The notes beneath the pieces were generated by a model, which was not told where the DNA came from, made no database searches, and was given only the letters and a program-made list of their open reading frames with translations. A stretch of DNA of 63,843 bases, counting the filler, from Dugesia japonica (lineage: Eukaryota): NCBI GenBank assembly GCA_001938525.1. It is 7 parts of 7 records of this genome, joined end to end, with 100 filler letters (N's around TTAATTAATTAA, not from the genome) between each part and the next. Parts side by side here need not be neighbours in the genome. Positions count along the whole stretch, not along the records: positions 37,325 to 46,897 come from MQRL01587484.1; positions 46,998 to 55,875 come from MQRL01593584.1; 5 more parts are not named here. One strand, written 5' to 3'. Made by a program: the position numbers and the translations under genes. Positions 37,402 to 50,564 of the stretch are shown here, in pieces. How positions within the stretch are numbered: the stretch's first letter is position 1; each line of letters starts with the position of its first letter.

Positions 37402-39689
37402 TAATAATAATAATTAATAATAATCGAATTTTACTTAAATATATACATTTTACTTAAATGTATACATAATTGACGGTATTATTGTTCCTTGTTTATTAAA
37501 TAATTAATTTAATTTGTTAAGTCTAGTATTCATGTAAATAGTATTATTTATTATAGTTATAAAAATAAATTTATTATGACTTGCAGTTACATATTCTGTC
37601 ATATGAATCTAAGAACATTTACTAATAGCCATTAAAAATCAAGTTGAGGAGCAAAAGACTAATTGCATGTCAATTTTTATGTAATTTCCATTATGATTCA
37701 TTTATTTTTTCTTAATTTTTTAAAGAAGAAATGTGATAAATTTAGTATGCATATAATGTATAACTAGAGTTTAAAAATACTAACCTATCAATCACATCTA
37801 AAATATGTAAACCGTTTGTAAAAACCTTCATAAAATATGATTGTATTACTTGAGTAGTATTATATCATATAGCAAAGTATTATAACGCAAAGAATTTTAT
37901 TACTTATTTAGGAATCAGAATTGAATTATGTATAACATACTCGAATTTAAAAAAATACTCAACAGCTTTTTATTCTACCAGTTATAACAAGGGAAGAAAT
38001 CTTTAATAATTTTTTAAAAACAAATATGAATAGCTAGGCAAGAATATAATGAAGCTCTGATGAATTAATTAATTAAAAAATATTCTGACAAATAACGTTA
38101 AAAATATAAGTATTTTAATTCGGTCTGTTTCTTTCTCGTTATGTAATTAATTAATAATTTATTCACAAATAGTTATAATTCAAAATTGATGTAAAATCAT
38201 ATCTTTCTTAGTCATTACGATGAATAATAATATCATTAATTCAAATATTTTCTCTAAATAAATACCGTTAGATCAAAAGATATTGTGATGCTTGATGCCA
38301 AAGAAAAATATTTTCAATTTTCTAGATTTTAAAAGTTTTTGTTTGAGCGGCTTTTTTGTTTTCTATTTAATTCTCATTTCTAAATTGGAGTATAAGTTAT
38401 TTATTCTTGTATTTTTAGACCTGTGACTAATTAATTCTTAATTCCAAAGTATTAATATTAAACTATTAGTCAGAAATAAAATAAAATTATCATTTTCAAT
38501 CTATCTATTAGACGGAAAATCTTTTTAAAAAGAATAATTATTTATTGCTTTAATTATTAGATAAGACATTTATAATTGAAATTTTTTTCTATTCTGATTA
38601 TTACTAATTATATACAAAAAATCTATTACGTTAAATATTTTCAATAAAAACTTTAAATGAAATCAAATATAGAAACATTTTAATTGATAAAGTTTAAGAG
38701 TTTTTAAAAATATTAGACAGTATTTATTTTCATACCAATACATACAGCATTCACATTTGTTTTTAAAATTAAAACGATGGCAAATGTTTAATAAAAAGTA
38801 AATAACGCCATTTAAAATAAAACGTTATTTTATATATTTCGAAGAATCAACCGACATCATCAGACAATAATTAAAAAAACAAAGATTAATGCGATTATAC
38901 TGAATATAAAGCGGTATAATTCTTAATTTTTAAAAAATTCTTAATTTTTAAATTTTTTTAACAATTTTTCAATAAAAAATTTATTTATTAAGATGTTTTT
39001 CCAAAAATATTTAAAATTTTTATATAGATTATAGATTATATTAAAATTTTTTCAAAACATGAAATAATAAAAATTGAAATTTATTTTAAAAAATTAAATA
39101 CAAAAAGTATGAAAATAAATTAAGATTTCAAAGATATTTAAAAATTATTTTATATCCAAACAATTTAAAATTTTTTATTAATTTAGTCGAATGAGCTGCC
39201 TGTACATTAATGCTTGGATTATGAAATCTAATCATTAACGCCTCATACAACGCTCTCTCCCAGTAATTCTTAAATTGCTTAGACAAAATTTTAAAATTTG
39301 AAATTTCAACATTTGCATTTAATTACTTTTATTTTTATTTTTATGCTCAGCAATATTACTACTATCAAAACGATTATGTTCTTGAACTCTTTGAATTTGT
39401 TATAAAGAAAGATCTTTTTAAATTTGTAAAGCTGTAATTCCAATCTTTATAATAATCATACTTTGATTAATTTTAGTTATTTTACAGAATTTTTTATTTT
39501 TATTATTATGCAGAATTTTTTTTAAATTTTTTAAAGAAACTGATTTATTGTAATATTTCTTAAAATCGATCGAGAATATTTTTCAATAAATTTAATGTCA
39601 GAATTAATAACCGATGAAAATTAAACTTAATCAAATTAATTTAAATTGTATTTGTATTTTAGAGTTTATAATCAGAATTTATTGAATAG

Positions 39690-39720
39690 TTCCTGATGAA
39701 GGCATAACCGAAATATTGAA
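39690..39720 (+). ncRNA. Minimal type I hammerhead ribozyme motif (Penelope-type)
   Basis: TTC-CTGATGA-A-GG cataa CC-GAAA-TA-TT-GAA: intact core, short stems. Confidence 0.5.
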
Positions 39721-40420
39721 AAATCTGTGAAAAAAAGAGGAACATCTTATTTGATCTTTGCTTGTTAAAAAGATTTTAAATAAAATTTGTTTTTCGAAAA
39801 ACTTTTAATCATATTTTCATTTATCAATTTAAAATAATTTTAAAATATTTTTTTATTTAAAATTATGCAAAAATTAAAACTGGAAATTAAGATCAGTATC
39901 ATGTTTTAATTAAACGCATTTATACCATAAGTATTTTTTACCTGTTGTAACTTGTATGTTATATTTTACATTTTTATTCGTATTTTATTTATTTGTGCAT
40001 TAAATGATAATCCACTTTTCTTGTAGTAATTTCAAGCAGATGATTTTCTATCTATTTATAGGAAAAATAAAGAAGTTTCTATTAAGCTTATATGATTTCT
40101 TTCAGGTATTGGAAGTAGAATGTTTTTATGCACAGCACCGTCATGTATCCCTAGGATTAATCGGAAATCTTTCTGTTTTTAAATAATTATAAATTTTGGA
40201 TTTATTAATTTGATTTCATTTAACATGGTTATAATGCATTAATTTTTATTTTTTAATATACGAATTTACTTTATTATTGGTTGTTACCCATTTCATAATT
40301 AGATCTTGAATTATTTTGTCAAACAATAATTTAAATTATTTTATACAGAATATAATTTCATTCAATTATAAGTATCGATCAAAACGTTGTTTTATTTTAA
40401 TTTTAATTTTAGTTGTTAAT

Positions 40421-40456
40421 AATTAGACTTTTTGACTATTGTCTTCTTCAGGAATT
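40421..40456 (-). ncRNA. Degenerate minimal hammerhead motif
   Basis: AATTC-CTGAAGA-A-GAC aata GTC-(G>A)AAA-AG-TC-(G>T)AATT. Confidence 0.4.
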
Positions 40457-42875
40457 GACTTTTAAACAAAATTAATATCTAATAAATATTCCAAAATTAT
40501 TTTTCTAGAATCTAAAAGGATAATAAAATAAATCACAATCAGTTTTCTCAGAACATTAATACCAAATTGGTAATTAATTTGAAACCATTATTATTATTAT
40601 TATTATTAATTCCAAATATTTTTTACACTATTTAAATAAATGAATAAATTTATTTTAAATATAATTAATAAAAACTAATAATAAATATATGAAAATAATA
40701 TTAATAACAATATTAATAATAATAATATNNNNNNNNNNNNNNNNNNNNNNNNNNNNNNNNNNNNNNNNNNNNNNNNNNNNNNNAATAACAATATTAATAA
40801 TAATAATATTAATAACAATATTAATAATAATAATAATATTGATAATAATAATAATAAATAAATAAATAATTAATATTGCGTTACATATCCAAAATAATTT
40901 CAATAAGTTCAATTCATTTCATTGTTTCATTTATTTTAGCTCTACAAATAAATTGAAACAAGACAGTCGAGTGTACGGGTCACAAATTCGGCAGTTTAAT
41001 AACATAATTCAGTGAAGCAGAAATGAATTGATTGATTTATTGATAATCCTACATCAGCTGGTTAAAATGTCATTAATGATTTATTGAATTCCTTAACTAT
41101 ATGTTTAACTTCTATCTTTGAACTAGGCGGGACGTAATAAGAAACTCCAACTTTTTAAATCGGCATTTATAATTACTTTAATCTATNNNNNNNNNNNNNN
41201 NNNNNNTTAAATGTTTCCAAATGAAATAATGAAATGAATAATCAATTTTCTTGATTTAAATTAATTATTAATAATTATGTTATTTAGAAACATAATTTGG
41301 AATTATTCATGTTTTCCAATAGTTATTTTAAAAATATATATTTTTATTATTGAAAAATTGTCACTATAAAGTACAGATATTAAATACATAAAATGAGATT
41401 GAAATCCAAATAAAAATAACTGATTACTAAATATATAAAAATAAACTTTAATAATTTAGAAACCCTTTTAATCATTTAAAAAAACATTAGGTATTAGAGA
41501 TGGGTTGCAAATCNNNNNNNNNNNNNNNNNNNNNNNNNNNNNNNNNNNNNNNNNNNNNNNNNNNNNNNNNNNNNNNNNNNNNNNNNNNNNNNNNNNNTCT
41601 AACCCTAATGGCTAAATTAATGCAGCGCCCCATGTAAAGGTCTAATCATTTTAACATTACATTTATAACTGTACTAGATAAATTTGTTAAAATTATATTA
41701 TTAGAAAGAGCTTATTTTTAGCTCAGTTATATTTTATTAAAACAATAAATAACTGTATTTCACGCAGGTTTTTGATACAAATAGAAACAATTTATACATT
41801 TCCAAGAGAGCTATATTGATGTTAAATATTTTCCAGTTATACTAATATAACAATAAAAAATTATTAAATATTTAATCAATTATAAAAGAACTAAATAGAA
41901 AATAAAATGAAAAATTAAATTAAATTAATTAGAAATAGTTAAGCAAATATTCAGTGGAATATTATTTAATTTTATATTATTATTATTTGAATAATAAATG
42001 AAAGTGATAATGAATATAACCATTTTTCGTTTTAAAATGCTTGTCAATATCACAAAATAAAAATCAAACGTATTTTTATATTATAAATTACTTTTCATTA
42101 AATACTGTAAATATAAAAATACTAACCAAATTTTAAAATTATTCTAACATTTTTTAAACTTTATAGTCAGATAAATAATTTATGTGACAAAATATGTAAA
42201 CTGTGATATTAATAAATTATAATTTATCTAAAATATTTATGTAAACAAAACAAATTAAGAGAAAAATATTTTCTGTAATTCTAATGATAAAATCAGATTT
42301 TGTTGCTCAACCTGTATTTAATTCTCTTCAATTTGACTACTTCTAGTTTAATATAATTTTATGTTAATACTTTGAAATTTCTTGTGAATATTGATTTGCT
42401 TTTCATTGATAAAAAATTTCTTAATATTTTTTTCATTTTACTCTGTATTTTTTACAACTAATTGTTAGTGTTCAAGTGCTATTGTTGCATGAATTATAAA
42501 AAAAACGAATAATGAATGTTATCGAAAGAAATCAGATCTTTTCCGGTTTACTTGATAAGCGTTTTACATAGTTAATACTGTAATAACTTCAAAAGAGTTT
42601 TATTAAATCATAAACATTTCAACCTCCTAATTTAATAGAAAACAAAATAAAGATTTGTCGCCGATTAACTCCCTTTAATTAAATTTAATTAAATATTTTT
42701 TTGTAGTAATTTTAGAAAATTATTATTTTTTTGAAATTGTAAATCTCTCTTGAAAATTTTTAATAGATATTGTGATATAACATAAAAACTAAGTGTTTAA
42801 ATATCCAAATTTTGAAGAAAATAATTTGAACCGTTTTATTTGAATAAATATTATTTTAGTAATTTACCGTTAACA

Positions 42876-43981
42876 TGGCGTCAGAAGCTGAATTGGTTAT
42901 TGTAAAAAACTAAAGCATTAAATCGTAACTAAAGAAGAAGCGCCTATCACTGTTTTATCTAGATGAATACCGATAGGACTTGGGGATAAAGTTGATAATT
43001 TAGTTGAAGATTTATTAAAAAAGAAATAATCAGGAAAAGACCGTGGAATGTACCTTTAGTGTGTATCACTAAGGCAATGGTGGCATATTATTATGTGCAG
43101 ATTACCGGCAGTTAAACTTAATCACAACCAGACCAATATATCCAATTCCAGAAACTNATCAGCTTTTTGATGCACTGGGTGGAGCAAAGATATTTAGCGT
43201 TTTAGACTTATTTAATGGATAATATAATGTCGAAGAAATAAGGTGGCTAAAAAACAGCATTCTTTACTAGAAGAGGGCAGTATGAATTTAATAGAATGCC
43301 ATTTGGCCTGAGTTCAGCCCCAGCAATATTTCAACGACTTATGCATCTGATATTGCAAAATGAAAATTGGGAACAATGTTTTATTTATCTGGACGATGTT
43401 TTGATATTTGGAAACTTGTATGAACAACATCTCAGTCGATTGGAAGTAGTTTTAGTTATAATAGAAGAATTGGGAGTTGAATTAAAACCTACAAATGTAA
43501 TGTTATGCTAAAGGAAGTTTCGTATCTGGGACATAGAATTACGATAGAAGGTATAAAAAATAATCTAATAAAGATAGAAAAGTTCAAAATTGGTCAAAAC
43601 CAGGGTGTTACTCAAATCTACATTCTTTTAAAGCTTTCTGTAAATATTATAGAAAATTTATAAAAGATTTCGCGTACGTCGTTCAACCTTTAGAAACTAT
43701 ACTGAAACAAGACAAACAAAGAATAAATGAGAAATAAAGCAATAAACCAATAATTTTGGATGCTGAAGGAAAAAAAGCATTTTAAAAACATACAGGAACT
43801 TTTAACAACAGCCACAGTTATATCTTATCCTCTTAAAGAAGGTATGTTCATATTAGACACAGATGCAAGTCACAGTCATATTAGATGAATCTTAAGCTAA
43901 TTTCAAAATGGAGATGAAAAAGTCATCGCATATACGTCGAAGAAGCTGACAAATTCAGAATTGAAATATTGTGTTACTCGC
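42876..43981 (+). mobile_element. pol: Ty3/gypsy remnant: PBS-like site, reverse transcriptase and RNase H
   Basis: CA|TGGCGTCAGAAG PBS-like; CADYRQLN, MPFGLSSAPAIFQR, YLDD, FILDTDAS, VIAYTSKKL; many stops and frameshifts. Confidence 0.9.
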
Positions 43982-43989
43982 GGTATCAT

Positions 43990-44210
43990 TGCTTTACAAC
44001 TACGATCACTGAATATCACTCCACTGGAATTTGTTCTTGGGTTATGTAAAGAGTATTTAAGCAAGATAAAACATTTGGAACATTAAAAGACTTGAATTAC
44101 ATACACCATTGCAACAGTCTCTCCGGAAATGATTCAAAACACTTGGGCTGATATTGAACACAGCCTTGACATGCTATACACAACGATTAGCTCCCATGTA
44201 AAAATTTAAT
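43990..44210 (+). pseudogene. Tc1/mariner-like transposase C-terminal remnant
   Basis: LRSLNITPLEF.LGYVKS resembles PRSPDLTPLDFFLWGYVK. Confidence 0.55.
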
Positions 44211-45329
44211 GATAATAATGAAGACGCTACAAATTTTGCACTTTCTGTTACAAAGTCATGTAAATAAATTATATAATTTGCTCCTCTAATAAACGTTTTA
44301 TGCATTTTATTTACGTAAGATTCTTTTNNNNNNNNNNNNNNNNNNNNNNNNNNNNNNNNNNNNNNNNNNNNNNNNNNNNNNNNNNNNNNNNNNNNNNNNN
44401 NNNNNNNNNNNNNNNNNNNNNNNNNNNNNNNNNNNNNNNNNNNNNNNNNNNNNNNNNNNNNNNNNNNNNNNNNNNNNNNNNNNNNNNNNNNNNNNNNNNN
44501 NNNNNNNNNNNNNNNNATTTTCTAATAAAATCTATTTCAAAAGTGAGATCAACTAATAATATTTAGAGCTTATCAATTAATGTCATTTCTATACCATATT
44601 GTCTGACGTGGAAATCAATTTCATTCTTGTGTAATTTATTTATTATTAATGTTATATAATTGCCAAATTTTATTGATTTATAATGTATGAAACATTCATA
44701 ATTATTAAGTCAAGGAAAATGTTTGTGTGTCGTGTTGAAATTATAGATTTTTTTATACTATACTATTAGGTTCCATTTTTTTCAAAGCTACATTTTTTTA
44801 TAGGTATCTTGGTGATATTTTATCTTAAAATCATCTTATTTCCCACCGATCAAAATTTCATTATATAACTTACAAAATTTGTTTAAGTAATCTAGAAAGA
44901 TTGGGCCACAAAGTATTAATCTAATTTCAACACTGTTTTAATGGCATTTGATTATGAAAGAACACATTTTGAGATTCAAGCGTTTNAATAAAGGCTATTT
45001 GGATCTTGTTGATAGGACACTTTTCGGACGAAGGAAACCTTTAGATTCAAAGCCAAAGTAGTGGTACTTTGACTAAATTTGAAAGGTTTTGAAGAAACGT
45101 TGTTTTTGAATAAGTTCTTGCATAAAATATATTTTTTTTAAACCCAGTACTCAAATATTTTCCTCAACCTAATGTGATGAGTTGCAAATCAGTTTCCTTT
45201 ACAACAAAAACACTACAAAAAGCCATTTTAATTGATTAATTTTTTTATTAATAATTTAGACTTAAGTTTTAATAATAAATCGAAAAAGTTAAATAGATTT
45301 CTAAAATTATGTATATATGTTATATGATG

Positions 45330-45681
45330 CAGCGGTTCCCAACCTTTCTGATGCTGTAACCCCTTTTTACCATTTCTCAAGTTGTTGCGACCCCTACGAT
45401 AAAATTAATTGGGTTACTCCTCCTTCACCACATTTTTGCAGATAAATATTATGTATTTGATTTCTAAAAAACCTTTCAATTTTATAGGCACTATATTTTC
45501 AGTTACATATTTTACATAATGGAATCCGTTTTGTAACAAACCCCTTGTTAGCGTAGCCTAATCACAGTAGATAACCTTCAAAAAAGAAGGTTTATACAAA
45601 TTTTACAAAAAAATTTTTTTCTATTTTAAAATACATTTTCAGAAGGTTCAGGGGTCGCGACCCACAGGTTGGGAACCGCTG
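45330..45681. mobile_element. hAT MITE with perfect 16-bp TIRs
   Basis: CAGCGGTTCCCAACCT … AGGTTGGGAACCGCTG; flanks ATATGATG / ATATAATT; related copy at 57493-57799. Confidence 0.85.
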
Positions 45682-45715
45682 ATATAATTTAATTAATTTA
45701 ATTAATATAATGTAG

Positions 45716-46830
45716 TATTAGGTGTGTAAATATGACTCCATTGAAATTTACGATTTAAAAATCAATGGCAATGACAAAATACAGAGTAAATTTTTATTAC
45801 AAATAACTTTCATTATTAATAAACACATTTTCCCCAATTTGGACCAATTCAAATAAAATTCTATCATAAAAGAGTTGATCTTGTTTTGAGGCATTCCGAT
45901 CATCTTGACATTTTTTAACATCTTTGTAATATGAGAAGCTCTGCTCCAGCATACTGCGTCCCATCGACCAAAAAGTGCTAATACTATAAAGTAATATTTG
46001 GTGAGTACGGCGGGTATTGTAAGACTTCACATTTCAGCTTTTCGACAGGTTTTGCTACATCAGCCTGGGTGTTGTCATGCAGCAAGATCACTTTTCTATG
46101 CCTGTGAACCAATTATAGTCGCTTTCCTGTGAGTTCATGATTTAATTTCATTATTTGATTTAATAAAGCTTTTCAGTAATTTCTTTCTATTGGTTTCAGT
46201 AGATCAAAGTATAGAATATCTTTTTGACCCTCTATACACATAAAATTATTTTTTCCATGAAAATTGCGTTTTGCAATTAAATTTGACGGCTGGTTTGGAT
46301 CATACCACGACCTTTTAAACTTTTAATTACCAAATAAATTTATTTTTCATATCTAGGACTATATGATGAAGGAAAGAATTTTTTCTTATCCTTTCTATTA
46401 AAATTTTGTAAGTATTTTTTATCTACTGTCGGTTTCTTTGTGTCAACCCATAAGGCACTCATTTTTCTTCATTCCTAATCTTTCTTATATTACTTAAGTA
46501 GTTTGAAATAGCTTGTTGAGTTACATTTAGTGAAGAAGTCATTTAATCTTACCTTTTAGTGTTGTCTTTGTTAAATAACACTTCATGTTCATCGTCTTCA
46601 AATTTAATTGGTAGTTTTCCATACTCCTTGTCGTTCACACCAAAATTTCTGGTTTTGAATCGTAAAAGCCCTTCTCGCAAGTTTTTTTTAGCCAATGCAT
46701 GGTTTACATAAGCCTCTACAAGCAATTTATGTGCACCAATAGTACTTTTTTTTAAATTGAACATAAAAAGTAATGCTTCTCGTAAATGACATTTTCCAGG
46801 CACAAATGTTCACGTCTAAATTTCAAATTA
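45716..46830 (-). mobile_element. Decayed mariner transposon, Mos1 (mauritiana)-like
   Basis: HLREALLFMFNLKKS…HKLLVEAY…RFKTRNFGVNDKEYGKLP.KFED…VTQQAISN, LLHDN, PPYSP; TIR-like TA|TTAGGTGTGTAAATATGA at 45716. Confidence 0.85.
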
Positions 46831-46897
46831 AAAACTTTGTATAAATATTTTGGGAAATCGTAAGATATAAAATAAACTGTACTTTAGATAAACAACA

Positions 46898-46997
46898 NNN
46901 NNNNNNNNNNNNNNNNNNNNNNNNNNNNNNNNNNNNNNNNNTTAATTAATTAANNNNNNNNNNNNNNNNNNNNNNNNNNNNNNNNNNNNNNNNNNNN
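46898..46997. other. Artificial contig spacer
   Basis: N44-TTAATTAATTAA-N44. Confidence 0.97.
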
Positions 46998-47035
46998 AAT
47001 TTGAGTATTAAAAATCGGATTATGCAACCAAATTC

Positions 47036-48060
47036 TCAAAGCCTCACACGCAATTCTTTCAAAATAGTTACCAAAACTGTTAACTCAGCAATGTTTATTT
47101 TGCCTTTTTTATTTTTGCAGCAACAGGCATGATCTAAAACCGAACTTTTCCTGTTCAATTGCATATGCTCGCTAACACGTGTGCGAAGATGACGTTTTGT
47201 CTCTCCAATGTTCGTGGCATCACACCTGTTATAATTAAATTGATAAACTAGGTTAGCGAGCAAATTAGCGAGTAGTAGATTTTTTGCTTAAATAACTGGA
47301 GGTTGTTTTTAGTGAAAATTAATATAAATTTATTATCATCAAAATATTTCATGAGTGATGCTTTTAATGATTTAGATCCTTCCGAGATGGTAGTTTTATA
47401 GTAATTTTTTGATTATTTTTAATTTTTTCTTCTTGGTCATTATTTGATGTTGAGCACAGTTTGTTTAGAGTACAACTTATATTATTATAAATCGTTTTTT
47501 GGTTATATCCATTAGCTCGAAGACTACTATTTAATCTGTTAAGACCATCATCAGCAATCTCAAAGCTTGATGATATACACCACACTCGATGAACCAAACC
47601 TTTTATTGATCCATTCTTATATCGATCATCACAAAAACTTTTAGGAGTGGTGTCTGTCCTGTGTCTGTTGGTTTTTTTATAACGTGAAGTATTATAGTTG
47701 CGACCCTGTCTACAAACAAGAACATCTAAGAATTGTAGTTTACCTTCTTTTTCAATTTCTTTAGTGAATTGCATATTTGGATGAAGACTGTTCATATATT
47801 CAAGGAAAGGTCATATATCTACTCGGTCTTTAAAAATAAGGAAGATATCATCTACGTATCTTTTGTATTCTATGGGTTGATTACCAGAAAAATTAGTAAT
47901 ACTAGACTCAATTTTAGACAAAAATTATGATGCTAATGTTGGTGCCACCTTAGAACCCATTGCAACACCATCTTTTTGAGTGAACCAGTCATTATTGAAT
48001 AAAAAATTAACAACTTTCCACACTTCTTTTTAAGTTGAATTAAATCTTTCCAAGAAGTTA
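47036..48060 (-). mobile_element. Penelope-like element (RT + GIY-YIG endonuclease), decayed
   Basis: QKDGVAMGS, YKRYVDDIF, NSLHPNMQFTKEIEKEGKLQFLDV, LVYQF…CDATNIGETKRHLRTRVSEH. Confidence 0.9.
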
Positions 48061-49284
48061 ATTAAATTCATGCAAAAGGAAGTTTAATATTAGCTTTATA
48101 ATAGATAATATACTAATACAAGCTTTATAAGAATCTGTCAATACAATGAATTAGAGAATTATATCCTATCATAATAAAGACTTGATTATTGACAATAAAA
48201 CTGATTAAATTCTAATTATTCCTATTTCGATTTATAAAGGTTTTACTATGATTTAATATTCTGTACTGAATTTGATTTTTTGAAGTTGTCATTTTTGCGT
48301 CAATTTATAAATTTAATTTTAGAAATTAAAATGAAACAATGAAAATAATGAATCATCTTGTTTTAATTTTATTTTGTGAAATATCAATTTTTCAATAGAG
48401 TTCTTTGAATTATTTCTCAAACACATTTTGGTATCAATAAGAAATCAATCNNNNNNNNNNNNNNNNNTTTTTTCGAACTTTTGAATACTTGAATTATTAT
48501 CAAAATTAGAAACGATGAATAAACCTATTTATTTATATATCACATCCGACTATCCGATTCTGTTGTTATTTTGATTTAACAGTTTATTTTCTTAAAAATA
48601 ACAAAAAGATTTTAAATTGAAATCTAAAAACTATTTTGTGGAATACAATTCCTAATCGATCGATTTAATAAGGAATTGACTGATGGAAAAAAAAACTGTT
48701 AAAACTAACTGGTGATGATGAATCATAAATTCCATTTTGCTTAACAGTCGTCACAAACTAGTTTCCACTATAAATAAGTATATTAGTCAGGATTTTCATG
48801 CACCATTACAATTTTAGGTTAGCTTTCGAAATATCGAAAATTTTTGATTATTAAATGTCTTGGAAAATGAAATTGTCCAGACATTTTAGTTCATATTATT
48901 TTATAATTGTATTTAATTTTGGCCAATCCAGTTACTCAAAAAAAACAAAATTAATTTTTATGCGCTTATAATTGCTACTGTTTCTATAAGTATGTTTAAT
49001 GAGTCAATTGGTCAAAAAAAAATTTTCGACAACATAATCTTCGATATAAAATGTAATATGTTTTTTATTTAAAATTATATAAAGAAAAATATAAATGAAT
49101 ATATATGTGTGCTTATAATTGCGAATTATTTATAATAAATATTTCAATATTTTATAGCAATCTACACAATGCTTATTAATGTTTGAGTTATGTAACTTCT
49201 GGGCCACCGTGTACATTCATTATATTTCCATGAAGTATTTTCTAAAAATAATTATTATAAATAATAATTATAAATAATATTATT

Positions 49285-49644
49285 CAGGACTTTGGAGCGG
49301 AGATCCTAGCACAATAATTTTGATTGCTCCACTGCTCCAGTTTATTAAAAAATACATGTAATAAACTTACCAAACTAGTACATACAATGTATGTCATACA
49401 TACATTGCTTACACGAATTTCCTTGCTGGAGTTTATGTCGATCTACTATATAGGATTTTAATAAGTTCATCGCAAAATTTGAAAGCTAAAGCTATGTAAT
49501 AACTTGGAATAAAGTTTATTTAGTTAATTTACAGTAAAAAACTTTTTTACTTTAAACTTTTGAAGATTTGTAATTTTTATTAATTTTCCTTGGAGCATGG
49601 AGTGGAGTGGAGCACCATAAAAATTTGTCTGCTCCAAAGCACTG
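49285..49644. mobile_element. hAT-like MITE with GGAGC subterminal motifs
   Basis: CAGGACTTTGGAGCGGA … TCTGCTCCAAAGCACTG imperfect TIRs. Confidence 0.6.
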
Positions 49645-50298
49645 GTTATATTCAATTTATTATTATTCAATTTATTCATTTTAATTCAAATAATAATAAT
49701 AATAAGCATTGTTGGGTTTTGTTTAAATATTACTATATATTCTGTTTTTTATCCGATCATCATCTATCTGTTTTCATGCTCAATTTTTAAAATAAATAAA
49801 AATGTATGGAAAAATCGATTGCTTGTAACTTAAAGATTATATGGAATTTGATTTTATAGTTATGGTGATTAATAAATGTATTAATATAATAAAATTTTTA
49901 TTCTATTAATATATTTATAATAATAAAGTCGTAATAAATTAATTCTAAATTTAAAAAAAATGAAACTAAATAAACGAGTTTATTCCAACAAATTCTGGAT
50001 ATTAAACAAGTTAAATTTGTATGCATTTTTAGATTCATATTGGAATTTATCTACGATGTAGAACTCTTTAATAAGAATTCAATCATACCATTATTGTAAA
50101 CAATTTGTGTTTCTAAATTTATAATTTTGGTAGCATGATAATCTTGTATGAATTTAGATTAACACTTCAATGTTATTTAAATTCATGAATAAAATAATGC
50201 TTTGATAAAATTATATATGAAAGCAAACTTAAATAATTATGCATATTATGCAAATTTCATTGTTTACAATTATATATTGATAATTATATTTGTTCCAG

Positions 50299-50494
50299 CA
50301 TGGTATCTGATAGCATAAATGACTTGTTATCCGCATGTGCTAGTACATTACCAGTAACACAACAATTATGTGAAAGTTCGCAGAGACAATTAGAAGCTCT
50401 CAAAACAAATTTGTTAGCTGAGCCTCCGTTATTACCTATAAATGACTTATCATATAATCAGTGTATGCAATCAGTCGATGAGTTATGCCAGGTC

Positions 50495-50564
<70 letters not shown>

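Noticed and set aside
40095-41020. Possible small exons after polypyrimidine-AG sites (~40106 and ~40940)
   Set aside because: Short, no recognisable protein similarity, no consistent gene model.
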